A stretch of DNA of 64,000 nucleotides. It comes from Eledone cirrhosa. Lineage: Eukaryota. The notes below the pieces were generated by a model, which worked only from the letters and a program-made list of their open reading frames with translations, made no database searches and was not told where the DNA came from. Both the position numbers and the translations under genes were made by a program. Positions 24,831 through 37,487 of the stretch are shown here, in pieces (the stretch's first letter is position 1; each line of letters begins with the position of its first letter). Location of the stretch: assembly GCA_964016885.1 (NCBI GenBank), contig OZ024740.1:136648001-136712000 (forward strand), read 5' to 3'.

Positions 24831-25643
24831 TGAATACTCCAGCACTTTAAGCTATCCTTTGTTAGCTTCAGAAAAGGTTATCAAAGACAGAAAATTGTGA
24901 AATTTGTTATGATGATTTCAACTCAGCTCAAAGATCTGTATCTACCTCTCTGAACATCAGTGTTGCTTAGCACTTGAAGAAGGCAATATCATATTCGCAA
25001 AATTGTAAAGCTATGATTCATAATTGACAGCTAATGAAAAATATATCTATATCCAATGACATTATTTCCAGACTGACAACTGTAGTGGTGCACTATTACT
25101 GTAATTGATTTTGGCAGATACAAGTGTTATGTTACAATTAAAACTCAATATTTCTGAGAAACATTATTGCCAAAATATTATAAGTGTATTAAATAAGTAA
25201 AAATAGTTAACCTATAATTTTCATACTAAACTAACTTATTACATTCTCAACGTAGGAGCCAAAACTCCCTGAAATTCCTTCCTTCCTCTCATTTTTAGGA
25301 AGGGAATGAAGAAAAGTGCAACAGTAGATCTAAACATTGGTTTCAGGAAGGGGTGCAGCTTTAAGTATATACAGGTTCAATTCTACTGCATAGCACTTTG
25401 GGTAAGTATCTATTATAGGCTTATGTTTACCAATGGATTTGGTAGGTGCAAACTCTGCAGAAGTCTATCATATATCATCATCAGCATTAGTAGTAGTAAA
25501 CATTTTATATATATATATATATATATAATGTATGGGTTGGTGCTAGGAAAGGCACTCAGCTTTCAGAAAACTGCTTCCAAAATGTCTTGTACAACCTATG
25601 TCAGCATGGAAAGCAGACATAAAAAACAATGATTATAAGTTAC

Positions 25644-25810
25644 CTGTTCCTTGTGGAATGATTGGACATTGAGGACATGGTGACCAGCTAGACCTGAATG
25701 AACAGGAGGTGTGAACAAGTATGGAGCAGGCTGTGCAGCAGCTTGATCCTTCTTCAGCAAAAGATCACTACAAGGCAACACATTTCCGGAATACTCCCTG
25801 AGGAGAGGTT
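25644..25810 (-). CDS. CAD: CAD exon, linker end and ATC start: (E)PLLREYSG...GLAGHHVLNVQSFHKEQ
   Basis: cag acceptor, CAG|gtaact donor, 167 nt, phase 1-0; LxGxHxLxVxxFxKxQ ATC N-terminus. Confidence 0.93.
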
Positions 25811-27410
25811 CTGTTAAAGATAAAAACATAAAAATTTATATACATACCCTCACCTCCCTATATGAAATGTGTGTGTCCGTGTGTGTATATATATGTTTCT
25901 TGTAAGTCCAAATATATAAAGTACATAATAAATATAATGGAGTTTATTTATGTGAAACTTTCCTCTATTGCTACTTCAAAGCCTCTCAGAACATGAAGAA
26001 CACAAATCTCAGTAGCAACAGATCAAAGCCTCACCTTTCAATAAATGAACATATATAAACAAAATATTTCAAAAACAGTTCTCATTGAACTGGGGGGGAG
26101 GAAAAGTTTAAAAGCCAGCAAAATAGCTATAAAAAAATAAAAGCACACCTTGTTAAAGTTATATATAAAATTACATTTCTGCTTACCAGTTTGGAAGTTT
26201 TTTCATATAAAATCCTCAAGCCAAGGCAGATAATGATAAATTTGAACCTAGTATAAAATCACTAAAATTGTTTACCATGCCACTGTGATTTTGAACCCAT
26301 CAAAGAATTGGCAAAATGTTTTGGCGTGGGTGAGTGAGACTAGAAATGGAGTTTCCAACAGCAAATGTTAGCAGCGGACTTATAATGGTACCAATAACAG
26401 CGAAAGCATCTTCAAATCAAATGAGAGCGGGGTAGCAACAGTAGCATTAGCATTAGTAAACATTTTTTTTTCAAATACAAAGACAAATGTGGCACAGTGA
26501 ATGTATAGCAGTAACAAGATGCAGTGATGTATGAAACAGCAGAATTCCTACAATATATATTTTATTTTAGAACACTCCTTTTACATACTCTATAAACCAA
26601 GTGACATTTCAGTGAAGCTTTCCCACAAAAGCTGTTAGAAAATGTATGTGGTTGCACAACGTGCTAGAAGTGGCTGCCAAATCTATTAAATCACACCCTA
26701 CTGTCTTAAAATAATGGAAAAAACACTAAGATGCAGTCTTACAACATTGAGTTGTATGTACCGAGTTCAATATCTGTCTCTAATTACCAAAAAGAAAGAC
26801 TCCTGACATAGGAGTACAATCTCTTTTAAAGATCTAACAGCAGAATAGCAAACAACAGCCTAAAATTAGTGTGTTACACACATGTCCTGCCCCTATTGTG
26901 TGTGTCTAAGAAGTGTACTTTAAGTGGTTGGATTAGTATATAACAATCATGCAGCAACTTGTTGCCCTTAGTCAATTATAATGCGACCCCTATGAAATAT
27001 TAAATAACTAGTCTGTAGAAACCAAACCAAAATCGGTTCTGTATGAGCATGGCATGGTCACCAGACCTAGCATTGCTCACAACAGGATAACTCATCTAAC
27101 CCATGCCAGCGTAGAAAAATGGATGTTAAACAGTGATGATGATGAATAAAATTCGTTAGTATTATAAAAATCAAATTGGGAAAACAGTAAACAAAACAAC
27201 AAATATTTTAAAGCGGAATAAGGAGAAAAACTAAAGCAAAAAAAAAAAAAATCTTAATAGACAAAATTAGAATATTTTTTTAGTTTTCTAATTTTCATGA
27301 GAAAACTAAAAAAATATTCTAATTCACATAAAGGAGGTAGTCAAAATAACTATAACCAATGCAAAAATGTCATAGCAACTGCAGAGGAGATTAGAGGAGA
27401 GTGGATCCAG

Positions 27411-27566
27411 TCAAACCAAGATGGAAAAAAACCCCCCATCAAATCAAGGCCAGGACTATCAAACATCCATAGCATACTGGTAGGGTTATCAAACCAAGAT
27501 GACCCCCCCCCCCCCCCCAATCAAGGCCAAGACTATCAAACAGCTACAGCAAACTGGTAGGGTTGT
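27411..27566. repeat. Tandem duplication, 2 x about 78 bp
   Basis: tcaaaccaagatg..(C/A run)..aatcaaggcca.gactatcaaaca...actggtagggtt twice. Confidence 0.85.
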
Positions 27567-29361
27567 TAGAACAGTATTTATTCCAGCTACTGACATTGAA
27601 ATCTGTTTTTCAACTTTTTGAGGTTAATAAAATGTACTAAACCAAGGTGGTAGATTGGTTGAATGGTTAGAGCAAATGAGATGCTCTGTGCCATTTTTGT
27701 TCTGAGTTACTTCAGTAGTAGACTTAAGCTCATCTAGTTTAAAACCTTCACTTGATCTTGGATTCCTTTAGTGGAATCCACTTTATTGCAAGCATTTCAA
27801 TCACATCCTTTTCTCCCATCACCTGCCCCAGAGGCCTTGACTAAAGGTCATGTCTCCTAACTAAATAGTAAAAAAAAAAAAATGACAATCAGGATTTCTT
27901 TTTTTTTTTCAGCAAGCCTGAAACTTGTTTAAACCAGGTTAGTTCTGATTGTAAGCATAAGCACCGTGTTTATTCAGACATTTATTTGATACATTTCTTT
28001 TTTTCAAGACAGTAGGGTGTAATTTGAGGAAGATTTGGCTGCTATTTCTAACAGACTGAGTCACCCTAAAGAGACACTCTCATTGCTGGTTGACCAGAAA
28101 CATAGTTTAAGACATTTGTGAATGATTTATAGTGAAGACATTTCACAATGATTTATCAAAGGAAAAAAAAACAAAAATAACCCTGTTAGCACAACATAAT
28201 AGACAACTATTTAAAATTTGAAATGATAACAATGTAGCCTTCAAAATATATGAATGATGAATGCATATATGTAATTTCAAATAGTAAGGCCACCAACAAT
28301 GAACTACAGTAAGTGTATCACTGAGCATGAAAACGATTATTTGAACATTTTTTGTTAAACTCAATGTTTAAATAAAACGTTTGTATGGCAGGGCATCCAC
28401 TTGGTTCAAGATTGTTGCACTTAGCCATCAGAGATAACCAAAAATCTGATTCCAATAACAAGAGATTCTTTTATTTCACTGGTTTCAGACAGACCAGTAG
28501 CCATGATGGGTCACCACTTTCACAAAAGATGTAGTCATTCATATCAACCCCAGTACTTATTTTAGTGATTTCCATGAAACTTACGCAAGTTAAACAAAGG
28601 GACACAACCCTAGTAAATAAACTGCGTGTGTGAAAATCTAAGATAAATTTAACATATTTGAAACTTTAGCTATATCTACAAGACTTATGATATTATAATT
28701 CAAAGGATTTTATTCTCTTCATACATAGACAATTTCTGGCCTCGTGCTAATGTTAGAAAAAAATAAAAATTTAATAGATATTTAATCACAATGGAGCATA
28801 TAAGCACATATTAGATCAGATATAAACATTGCTATTCTCTTCATAAAAAAGAATAAACAAACAAACAAAAAAACATGATTGAACACACATGCTTTTTCTC
28901 CCCCACAAAATGATTTGCGTATTTTTTTTCTCTTCTCACTTTCTATTTTCCAAAACGTTAAAACTAATATAATTCCCCATTGTACTGCATTGTTTACTGC
29001 TTGTTGAGAGAGAGAGAAAGAGAGAGTGTGTGTAATTTATATACACATACATACACACACACACACACATAATATGTACATACATATATATATAAAACTA
29101 CATTGTTCAATGTTGCCTCTTATAATTCAAAATTAGGGTGTGATTTGAAGGAACTTGATTGAACAGACCAAGGTTGAAAAGTGTTGCAGTTATGACCACT
29201 CTGGCTTTTCATACATCAAGAATTATATTACACAATGTACCCTTTAACATAGGATAATTTGAAGGCAATTTGGCTGTTATTTCCAGTAGATCAATAACAG
29301 CTGACATGCATTGCTGTCACCTTATTAGCACAAAATTATATCTATCTAGCAATCTACCCAC

Positions 29362-29412
<51 letters not shown>

Positions 29413-31248
29413 AAATATACATGTTATTAATTCCTTTGAAGAGCTAGCTGGTTTAAGACATAGCGTGAGGCACGAATTACTTAGGGAGGCTGTGGTAGGT
29501 GAAAAGAGAAAAGGCTGACAGTTTCAATTGTGTGTGTATACTTACTCATACAAGTTGACAATAGGAGAGCATCAGAGCTTAGCTTTTGAAATCACAACAT
29601 TGACAGCCACCAAATGTAAAAGTTAAAAAAAATTTTTTTTTTTAAATCCAGGTTCAGTTCTACTGCATGGCACTCTCGGTAAATGTTTTCTATTAGCCTT
29701 GGGTCAACTTGTAAATGCAATTTGGAAGATAAAATTTGTGTGGGGGAGAGAGAGAGAGAGATGGTAGGGAATGGCAGTAAAAAAATATAGACATTCACTT
29801 CCTTTGGCCGTTGTCAACTAAGCATGAGACTAAACATTAGATAATAGATGTAAAAAGGCACCAGAAGCTGGATTCACCAACAAAGATCCAATGATGTATG
29901 CAGGGAAGGCCACTAAAAGATTTCAAGAATGCAGACCATATTTGATCCAATAAGGATTAACATGATTTTTGCTGAATTCATCTACAAAAACAATTATATA
30001 TAGACAGTATTTTTTCAGGTCTAAACAAAATTCAATAGTTTAAATTAATAGCTATCATTCAATAAAGATCGCTGGTTAAGAGAGAGAAGACAAACATCAC
30101 TTAAAATTTCTCCACTAAAATCCTTAATCATAATTGTTTCTACTTTAGGCACAAGGCCAGCAATTACCCAGTGCATTACTGGTGCAGACGAAACATATCT
30201 ACTTGGAGATGAATTTGCCAGATCTTATATCAATACAGAACTGTTACTAAATTTAAAATGATGCAGACAAGCTGTCGATATCAACAATGAGAAAGAAGAG
30301 ACAGACAAATTTAGAATGTCTCAATTAAACAACACAAAATAGTTCAATAATGCTTAAATGGCCATTGAGCTACAATCAGAGTGCCATCATTATTGAAAAA
30401 GCATAACAGAGCAAGTCAACCTGAACTGGGCCCTTCCACTCTCCTAGGCTATTGACTACGCAACAGTGTTCAATTTCACTCCTTGTATTTGTGAATAAAC
30501 TAGCTTGGAGAGCAGAGAGGCATTCCAGATAGAGCCACTACTTCTCTAAATTGAGAGATCACAGCTCTGATACTACAGGTATGTAGTTAGAATGCCTAAA
30601 GAATTTCTGGACAGATTTTAAAGGCAAAACCAACTGGCAAGAAACCCAGGGATAGACACTGAGCAAGATGGTTGTATAACATCTATGAGCTCAGGTAGTC
30701 TCACTTGGGGATCCAGTCAGAAAAATTGGAGACAGTTGCTTCTGACAGGACCTGCTGGAAGGAGTGTTTCAAGACTGCTCCTACAACCTTCCCAGGAATA
30801 AGTGGGTGAAGAAGAACAGAATATGAATCTGTTGTATGGATCAACTTACTGGAAAGTTCACCCCCTACTGAACAGACAAATCTAACCCTTTGGATTCACC
30901 ATTGACATTAAATCCATATATTAGATACAATGACAGCACAAACCACAACATAAGATTAGCAACAACACTGACATTCAATATTAGATAATGCCTATGCACA
31001 CATTTATGTGCGTACATCTGTGACCTGTAAGCGAACAAATGGAAACAACAAATCATGCACACACACACACACAGATTTACCCTGAAAATACAAGCATGTG
31101 TAGAATTTACAAGATGTTGCATCTAAAGGTATGTGTTTTAGTGCATATGTATGTCATATGTAATTAGTGTGTGTGTATGAAAAGTGTACATATCAGTGAT
31201 ATTAAAGACATTTTACTGAGGTAAACAGGCAAGGAAACCAATTGACAC

Positions 31249-31299
31249 CTGATGATGAGCATCTGCCATCATTACTGCTATACTTTGATACATTTCCCA
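31249..31299 (-). CDS. CAD: Candidate 51-nt CAD linker mini-exon (V)GNVSKYSSNDGRCSSS
   Basis: The 220-nt intron from the 31520 donor has no AG on the minus strand before ccttcttccaag; CAG|gtgtca donor; symmetric phase 1, no stop. Confidence 0.5.
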
Positions 31300-31519
31300 C
31301 TTGGAAGAAGGAATGATAAGAGAGGAAGAGAGAGGAAAAAGATGAGGGGAGGGGGGAGTGAGAAGATGAAAGAAACAGAGAAAGTGAGAGAAGTATATAG
31401 TGTTTGAGCAGCAGGAAAGGGTGGATGAACAGACAGAAAAGGGGGGGGGGGTGTTAGCAGGAAGACAATGGATGGGAAAGGGAGAGTAAAAAAAGAAAAA
31501 AAAAAGAAGGAGTATATAC

Positions 31520-31555
31520 CTGTGCCAAGCTCCTTTGAAGTAGGTTCTAAGTGAT
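31520..31555 (-). CDS. CAD: Candidate 36-nt CAD linker mini-exon (D)HLEPTSKELGT
   Basis: ctttccctccag acceptor with about 98 nt free of AG; CAG|gtatat donor; symmetric phase 1, no stop. Confidence 0.65.
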
Positions 31556-31669
31556 CTGGAGGGAAAGGTTACAACAAGAAGTGGAGAACAATTATAAAAA
31601 AAGCAAACAGAAAATGTTATAAATTAGGAAATAAAGTTTGGGGAAATTGAAAAACTCAAGCAATCCCAA

Positions 31670-31673
<4 letters not shown>

Positions 31674-31730
<57 letters not shown>
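31674..31730. repeat. (GT)n microsatellite
   Basis: About 28 GT units, roughly 120 nt upstream (transcript sense) of the 31555 acceptor. Confidence 0.95.
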
Positions 31731-31733
<3 letters not shown>

Positions 31734-31887
31734 TGCATATATATATATATAAAGTAATATTAGGCTGTAACAAATTTTGAAAAAGCCCTCCACCCTTATA
31801 AAAAAAAAGAGTAGAGCTATGATTATCTGAAGCTTGTTTCAAGCTATCTAATCATTAGCAGAAACTTTAGTGCTGGCATTTGTTCTA

Positions 31888-32110
31888 TAATAATAATGAA
31901 ATTATTGTGTACAGTGCTCAGGTGCACTACAACTCATCAAAGGTGCATGTATAGTACATAGAATAATGTACAAATGTCAGGAAAATGAACAGTGTACGAG
32001 TCATGATATAATAACAATAATGAAATATTGTTTACAGTGCCCAGGTGCACCACAACTCATCAAAAAAGTGCATGTACAGTACATAGGGCAATGCACAAAC
32101 ATCAGTAAAA
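31888..32110. repeat. Tandem pair of an interspersed about 120-bp repeat
   Basis: aataatgaaa.tattgt.tacagtgc.caggtgcac.acaactcatcaaa...; inverted copy at 4760-4860, fragment at about 19700. Confidence 0.8.
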
Positions 32111-32714
32111 TTCTGTTTCTTTATGTTCTAAGTTCAAATACCACCAAGGCCAATTTAGTTCCGTTTGTGACTCATTTCTAGTTCAAATCTCCTTGATGTT
32201 GACTTTCCTTAATTTCACTGACAAACAGCACCTATACCAGTATAAATAGTGTTGTTGAAGACAGCTTTTGGATTCACTTCAGCTCCCTTCAACTGGAATT
32301 AGGTATCATCATGCTAAAAACAGAGACTGCCCACCCATCCCTTCTTTAATATAATGATTGCAAGTGAGATGTATGAAGTTTTTTTTCTTAAACCACTTGC
32401 TCAAAGAGGAAAGGGCAATGCCCATGACTGTTTTTTTTTTTTCAGAGCATCCAAGATTGGTGGAAAGTATCTTTAAACAGGTGGTGATGTTAGACTGCGT
32501 GATGGATTAAGTTTACCACCCAAGAACTCAGAATAAAAAGAGATGGAATAAATACACAGAGCATCATGCCTGGTGCCTTAAAAATTCTGCTAATCCACTG
32601 CCCTAGACAGGCACTTTTATTTCAAACCCAAACAACTATATCTAACTGGAATTGAATCAATATGTATCTATAATATTCATAATATATTTTTAAAACTAGC
32701 TAAGTGCAACTATA

Positions 32715-32880
32715 CCGTATTTCCCAGCGCCAAAGACGCTTCGTCCTCGAGGACGCACCCTAATTTTGACAACCAAAAATTTATGGGGGGGGGGGGGGGG
32801 GCATCTGGCCTCCAGGACGCATGGTAGATTTTTTTAGACTTATTTAATGAAAAAAAGTAGCGTCTTCGACACCGAGAAAT
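32715..32880 (+). mobile_element. Truncated end of a Tc2/pogo-like DNA transposon
   Basis: TA-CCGTATTTCCC.GCG..AAGACGC terminus with internal GACGC repeats; no partner TIR found. Confidence 0.5.
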
Positions 32881-33556
32881 ATCGTAGTTTCTTTTGAGGA
32901 ATCTGCTTTCTGAAATGTAACTTTTGATGGAGTTGACAGAGCCCATCACCCGCCAGGTGTGAACACAACCAATTTCTTTCAGAATTGGAGAGAGCACGTG
33001 AAAAAGAGATATAGCAGAATTGACCCCAGTCCAGAACTGGTATTTTTTTTAATTTTATTTTTATCGGCCTCAAAAGGATAAAAGGCAAAGTTGACCATGG
33101 CAGGATTTGAAATCGGAGCATTGGAATGAATGTCAAAGCATTCTATCCGAAGTTCTGTCAATTCATAACCTATCTTTCAAGCAATCTTAATTTTAATGAG
33201 AAATTTGAAGAGATGGATTAGTCAATTAAATTGTGCCCAATACTTGACTGGTATTTTATTGACCAAAAAAGAATGAAAGGTACAGTTGACTTCAGAGAAA
33301 AGCATCTCAAACAAAAATACTGTCTGATGTTCTAATGGTTTTAGGAGTCCAATAATATATGATTGTTTCTAATTTAAGCACAAATCCAGCTATTTATGAG
33401 ATGAGGAAGACCCCAAGTACTTGATTGGTACTTTATTTTATTAACCTTCATGGGATTTGAACTCAAAGCACATTGATTCAAAACATACACCGAGGCATTT
33501 TTAACCGGACACCCTAAAGACTGACAATTTGTTACCTTCAATGCTCTAATATATGG

Positions 33557-33603
<47 letters not shown>

Positions 33604-34345
33604 ATTTTAAAAATACTGATTTAAAAAAATTTTTTTTTTACTGAATGCACATATATAAATATATATTTATATATACACACATACACACACACACAAAAGA
33701 AAAAAAAGTGAAAAGGGATTGAAAAAAAAGAAAAGAAAAAGAAACAAGAATATCAATCATTCAAAGAGATTAATGAAATATTTGATGCGTGCATGTGTGT
33801 ATATGCACAAACAAATGCTTGACTTTAAGCAGATCTTTTTTGTAAATGACACCCTTCAGTACATGGATAACTCAATTTGTTAAGTAATGCTTGCTTCTAA
33901 TGCAGCAAGCTACAAACTATTACCCCTCCCAGCCCCAGCAAAAGCAAGTAAGTATAGATTAAACTACAGGAATTTAATTTTTTTAAATTCTATGGAAGCA
34001 AGGACAAAGTTGTAGCACCATGATGGCATACATGAGAGAGGCTCCCATTTACACAATTTCAACTCAAAGCTAAAGTAGAAGACACTTGTTCAAAACCTTG
34101 TGCATGGAACTTGACTGTTTCTGCATAATTTCATGAACTTCACTATTCAGTCACACCTATACTCATACTAAGTAGAAGAATAACAAAATAGTGATAACTA
34201 GGTTCAAAGTTATAATGTGGTTAATAGTGGAATCCTCTAATTTCCTTTCATTTACCTCAGATCTAGTTCTCCATAATCTCATTAAATAGAGCCGCAGGTG
34301 CGCGCCTCACGAGATGAAATGGCTCTTCCAGCGCATCTCCCTTAC

Positions 34346-34488
34346 CATCCTCCGAGGAAACACCTTTTCCATTCTGTCTGCTGGGGCTGTGGTGCGGCCA
34401 GCACGTGGGACCCCATTTGCTCACTATACAGAGAGATGGGGGCAATAACAGTGGGAGTTTGGCTCTTCCATGTTCGGACACATTGCAC
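34346..34488 (-). CDS. CAD: Candidate CAD linker exon (143 nt from acceptor 34488, or 78 nt from internal acceptor 34423): ...SKWGPTCWPHHSPSRQNGKGVSSED
   Basis: GC-rich island in AT-rich intron; strong ATG|gtaagg donor; acceptors cttgacag (phase 2) and ctctctgtatag (phase 1) give the same open frame. Confidence 0.6.
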
Positions 34489-35393
34489 CTGTCAAGAGTG
34501 TATTTTCATACTTGTGACGAACATTGAATTCCTATTTATAGTTTGAATCCTTAGTATTGTTTTGCTACAAAATATAATCTTGTATCTAGTTCAAAATTGT
34601 TGAGAGAACATCTGCAGCTTATATAATAGGTAGGAACTGTAATTGTAGCAGTTGTCATGAGACAATCTGCAGTGTTATGGAGGCAGAAGTTTTTATGGTA
34701 TAGTAAAAAAATTTGAAAATATTTAATGTTTAATAATAACGTTTAACATAGAAATTTGGGGGAAGGAGACAGTCAATTGAATCAACCCCAGAAGTATGAA
34801 AAGTAAAGTCAATCTTGGCAGGATTTGAACTCAGAAGGTAAAAAAGGTGGAACAAATGCCACAAGATATTTTCTTCAATGTGCTAACAATTCTGTTTCTT
34901 AAACAATATAAGAATCCAAAACAACTAGCAACAAATAAAAATGACATGTTCATGATCTCTTTGAAAGATTCAAAATTCAAAACTACAAACAAAATTAATG
35001 TTCTATTGATTAAATTAAACAAGCATTAAATAAGAAAAACAAACACACACACACAAAACATGGTAAACTGATTAACAAAATTTAAATAACATTTAGAAAT
35101 AGAGCTGAAGAGTGTAATGAAAGTGTAGAGCAGTGTTTTGCAGCATCTACAATAACTTAGTACAAACAGAAATTGGATTATTCATCATATAAAGTGGATC
35201 TTATATACACTTAAGACAGTTTCAAATTTGGGGCAGCTGAGTGATAGGTGAATATTTTTCCTAAGTAGACAATATTTGGTGAAGATCAATAGGAGGAAAT
35301 AAATTTACTCAGCCAATTGTATTGTGTGTGTGAATAGAAAAAAAATTTAGTTAGGCAGGTTACATAGACATTAATTCTTTTTTAATGTATTCA

Positions 35394-35545
35394 GCAGACA
35401 TGGATGTGTGGTTAAAAAGTCTGCTGCAACCATTTGGTTTTAGGTTTCATCCCATTGTGTGGCATCGTGGGCAAGTGTCTACTAGAGCTTTAGGCTGACC
35501 AATACCATATGAATAAAATTTGGTAAATGGAAACAGTGTGAAGTC

Positions 35546-35546
<1 letters not shown>
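35394..35546 (+). mobile_element. SINE family 3 (tRNA head, CORE-like GGGCAAGTGTCT segment), representative copy
   Basis: catgg.tgtgtggttaa...ggtt..atcccatt head; decayed relatives at 8616, 16330, 38895, 41815 (+) and 200, 17325, 29590, 51560 (-). Confidence 0.7.
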
Positions 35547-35577
<31 letters not shown>

Positions 35578-36613
35578 ACACACACATTTGTGTGATCTTC
35601 TCATGTCTTCATATTAATAGCACTTAAATAACAAGTGTCATTTGTTTAAGTCCTGCTTAATCAATGCCTTGCAGCTCATTAGGTGAAGATCAGTGGAATA
35701 AACACTAATTTTAAAAAATGAGAGTTGGTGTCTGGAAGGGCATGAGCAGAGAATTCTGCCTTAATAAAAGTCTCATCCAATCCATGCCAGCATGAAAAAG
35801 TGGATGATTCTGAGTAATTTGGAGTGGAATTAAGGCAACAGAGCTGGCAAGTTTGAAGAAATTGTGCACATTATAGCATTAAATAAAGGAGACAAAATGA
35901 AAATACAATATAGGTTTAAAGGTTAAAGAAAGGTTTGATATAACCAAATGAATAGCTTTCTGAATACAGTCCTGGATATTAGAACAATATTTCATCAGCA
36001 ATTGTATTAAGGGCCTTGCAAAGTATTTGCAACTGCTCATTCAGAGCTAAGTCCTTTTTCATTTTGAAAATATATATATAAAAGGTAAGGTTTTAGGAAC
36101 ACAAATATTTCAGAAAGTTAATGAAATGGGAAGACTGTTGTTTCTTCTTTGTAGCAATATTGTTTGTGCTTTGATATTGTTATTGCTTTCTAATATTGTT
36201 AAATGTTACCAGACTGTCAGATTCTCAGAGGAAAGATTAGTGGGAAACCGCTAACATTAATAGTGAATAGATCATGAGGTTAGAAAGATAAGAAGGATGC
36301 TGCATCAACAGTACAAGAGGAGAGAGCTTTAGTGACAGAATCAAGTCATCAAAGAAGACAGGAAATAGATTCACAAAGATAAATAGATTTCAAGAGGTTT
36401 GCTGCAGTTTATGGGGTTAGGTGTTTTAGAGAACACAGTTGGCATGGTATGTGTAAATGACAATTGAAGAAGCTGTGGGTTCAGGCATAACCCAATAAGA
36501 TGGGGGTTGAACCAAGATATTTTTGTATCTTACTTTGTCACTTGTTTGCAAATACTGAAAACAACCACCTTGGCTTCATATTGCATTCTAGAGTTGAGAA
36601 CCAATGGAGATTT

Positions 36614-36646
<33 letters not shown>

Positions 36647-36757
36647 TTCAAGGAAAGCATCAATAAACAGTAATGCAATCAAATAAAACTAAACAAGTAA
36701 ATATTATTGATATTAATCACCATTTGCCACATCACAGTAGCAACCTACTGTTGTGTT

Positions 36758-36793
<36 letters not shown>

Positions 36794-36838
36794 CAGAACA
36801 TCTTAAATTTAAGGTCTAGGTGCTGTAGCAAATGTTAC

Positions 36839-36869
36839 CTCATCAGCAATCCTGGTCGACTGATGATCT
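36839..36869 (-). CDS. CAD: Candidate 31-nt CAD linker exon (E)IISRPGLLM(R)
   Basis: tttcag acceptor, GAG|gtaaca donor; phase 1-2, in frame only when paired with the 143-nt form of the next exon (31+143=174). Confidence 0.5.
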
Positions 36870-37299
36870 CTGAAATTTATATTACAAAATTAAATACATC
36901 GAATAATTTCTGAAATAGAAAAAATATTAAATTATGGTCTAGGGCCAATAGCACAAGCCTGCATAGCTCAGAATAAAGAGACCATGAACAAAGGCGTAAA
37001 GAAAATTGCTTCCAGCCATAGGATATGGATATTTGTGTGTGTATGGAGAGAGAGAGGGAGAACAACCGATTGCTATTTCAAATTATACTATCTAAAACAT
37101 TACATATCAAAGAAAGCTTTAGATTCTCGCACTATATGTATGGAATGTTTTCCTTTCTACATTTTACATACATTAGCTCTTAATTCTATTAAGAAATTGT
37201 ACAGATTATCCCTTAGCTACAGTTTGGAATAAACATCACCCAAATTCACAATGAGGTGTATATATTTTCAAACCAGTAATAAATGCATGCATTAAGATA

Positions 37300-37487
37300 T
37301 TTGGCAGTATCGGTAGAGAGTTGGACGCCATGCTTTGCAGCAAAGAGTTACAGCCCTTTATGGTCTGAGTTCATATCCCGCCGAGGTTAACTTTGCCTTT
37401 CATCCTTACGGGGTTGATAAAATAAAGTACCAGTAATACACTGGGATAATTGGTGGCTTTGTGCCAAAAGTAGAAACAATTATTATT
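37300..37487 (+). mobile_element. SINE family 1 copy
   Basis: High similarity to 4965-5160. Confidence 0.8.

Noticed and set aside
29860-29915. Further mini-exon after a cttttag acceptor
   Set aside because: The best donor gives 35 nt (frameshift); the in-frame donor is very weak.
31076-31090. ttttcag-G-gtaaat as a recursive splice site or 1-nt exon
   Set aside because: Not the AG|GT arrangement, and it would break the frame.
34256-34265. ADAR amber-to-Trp readthrough of the 90-nt in-frame extension
   Set aside because: TAG is followed by ATC-TGA, so two edits would be needed, one in a poor context.
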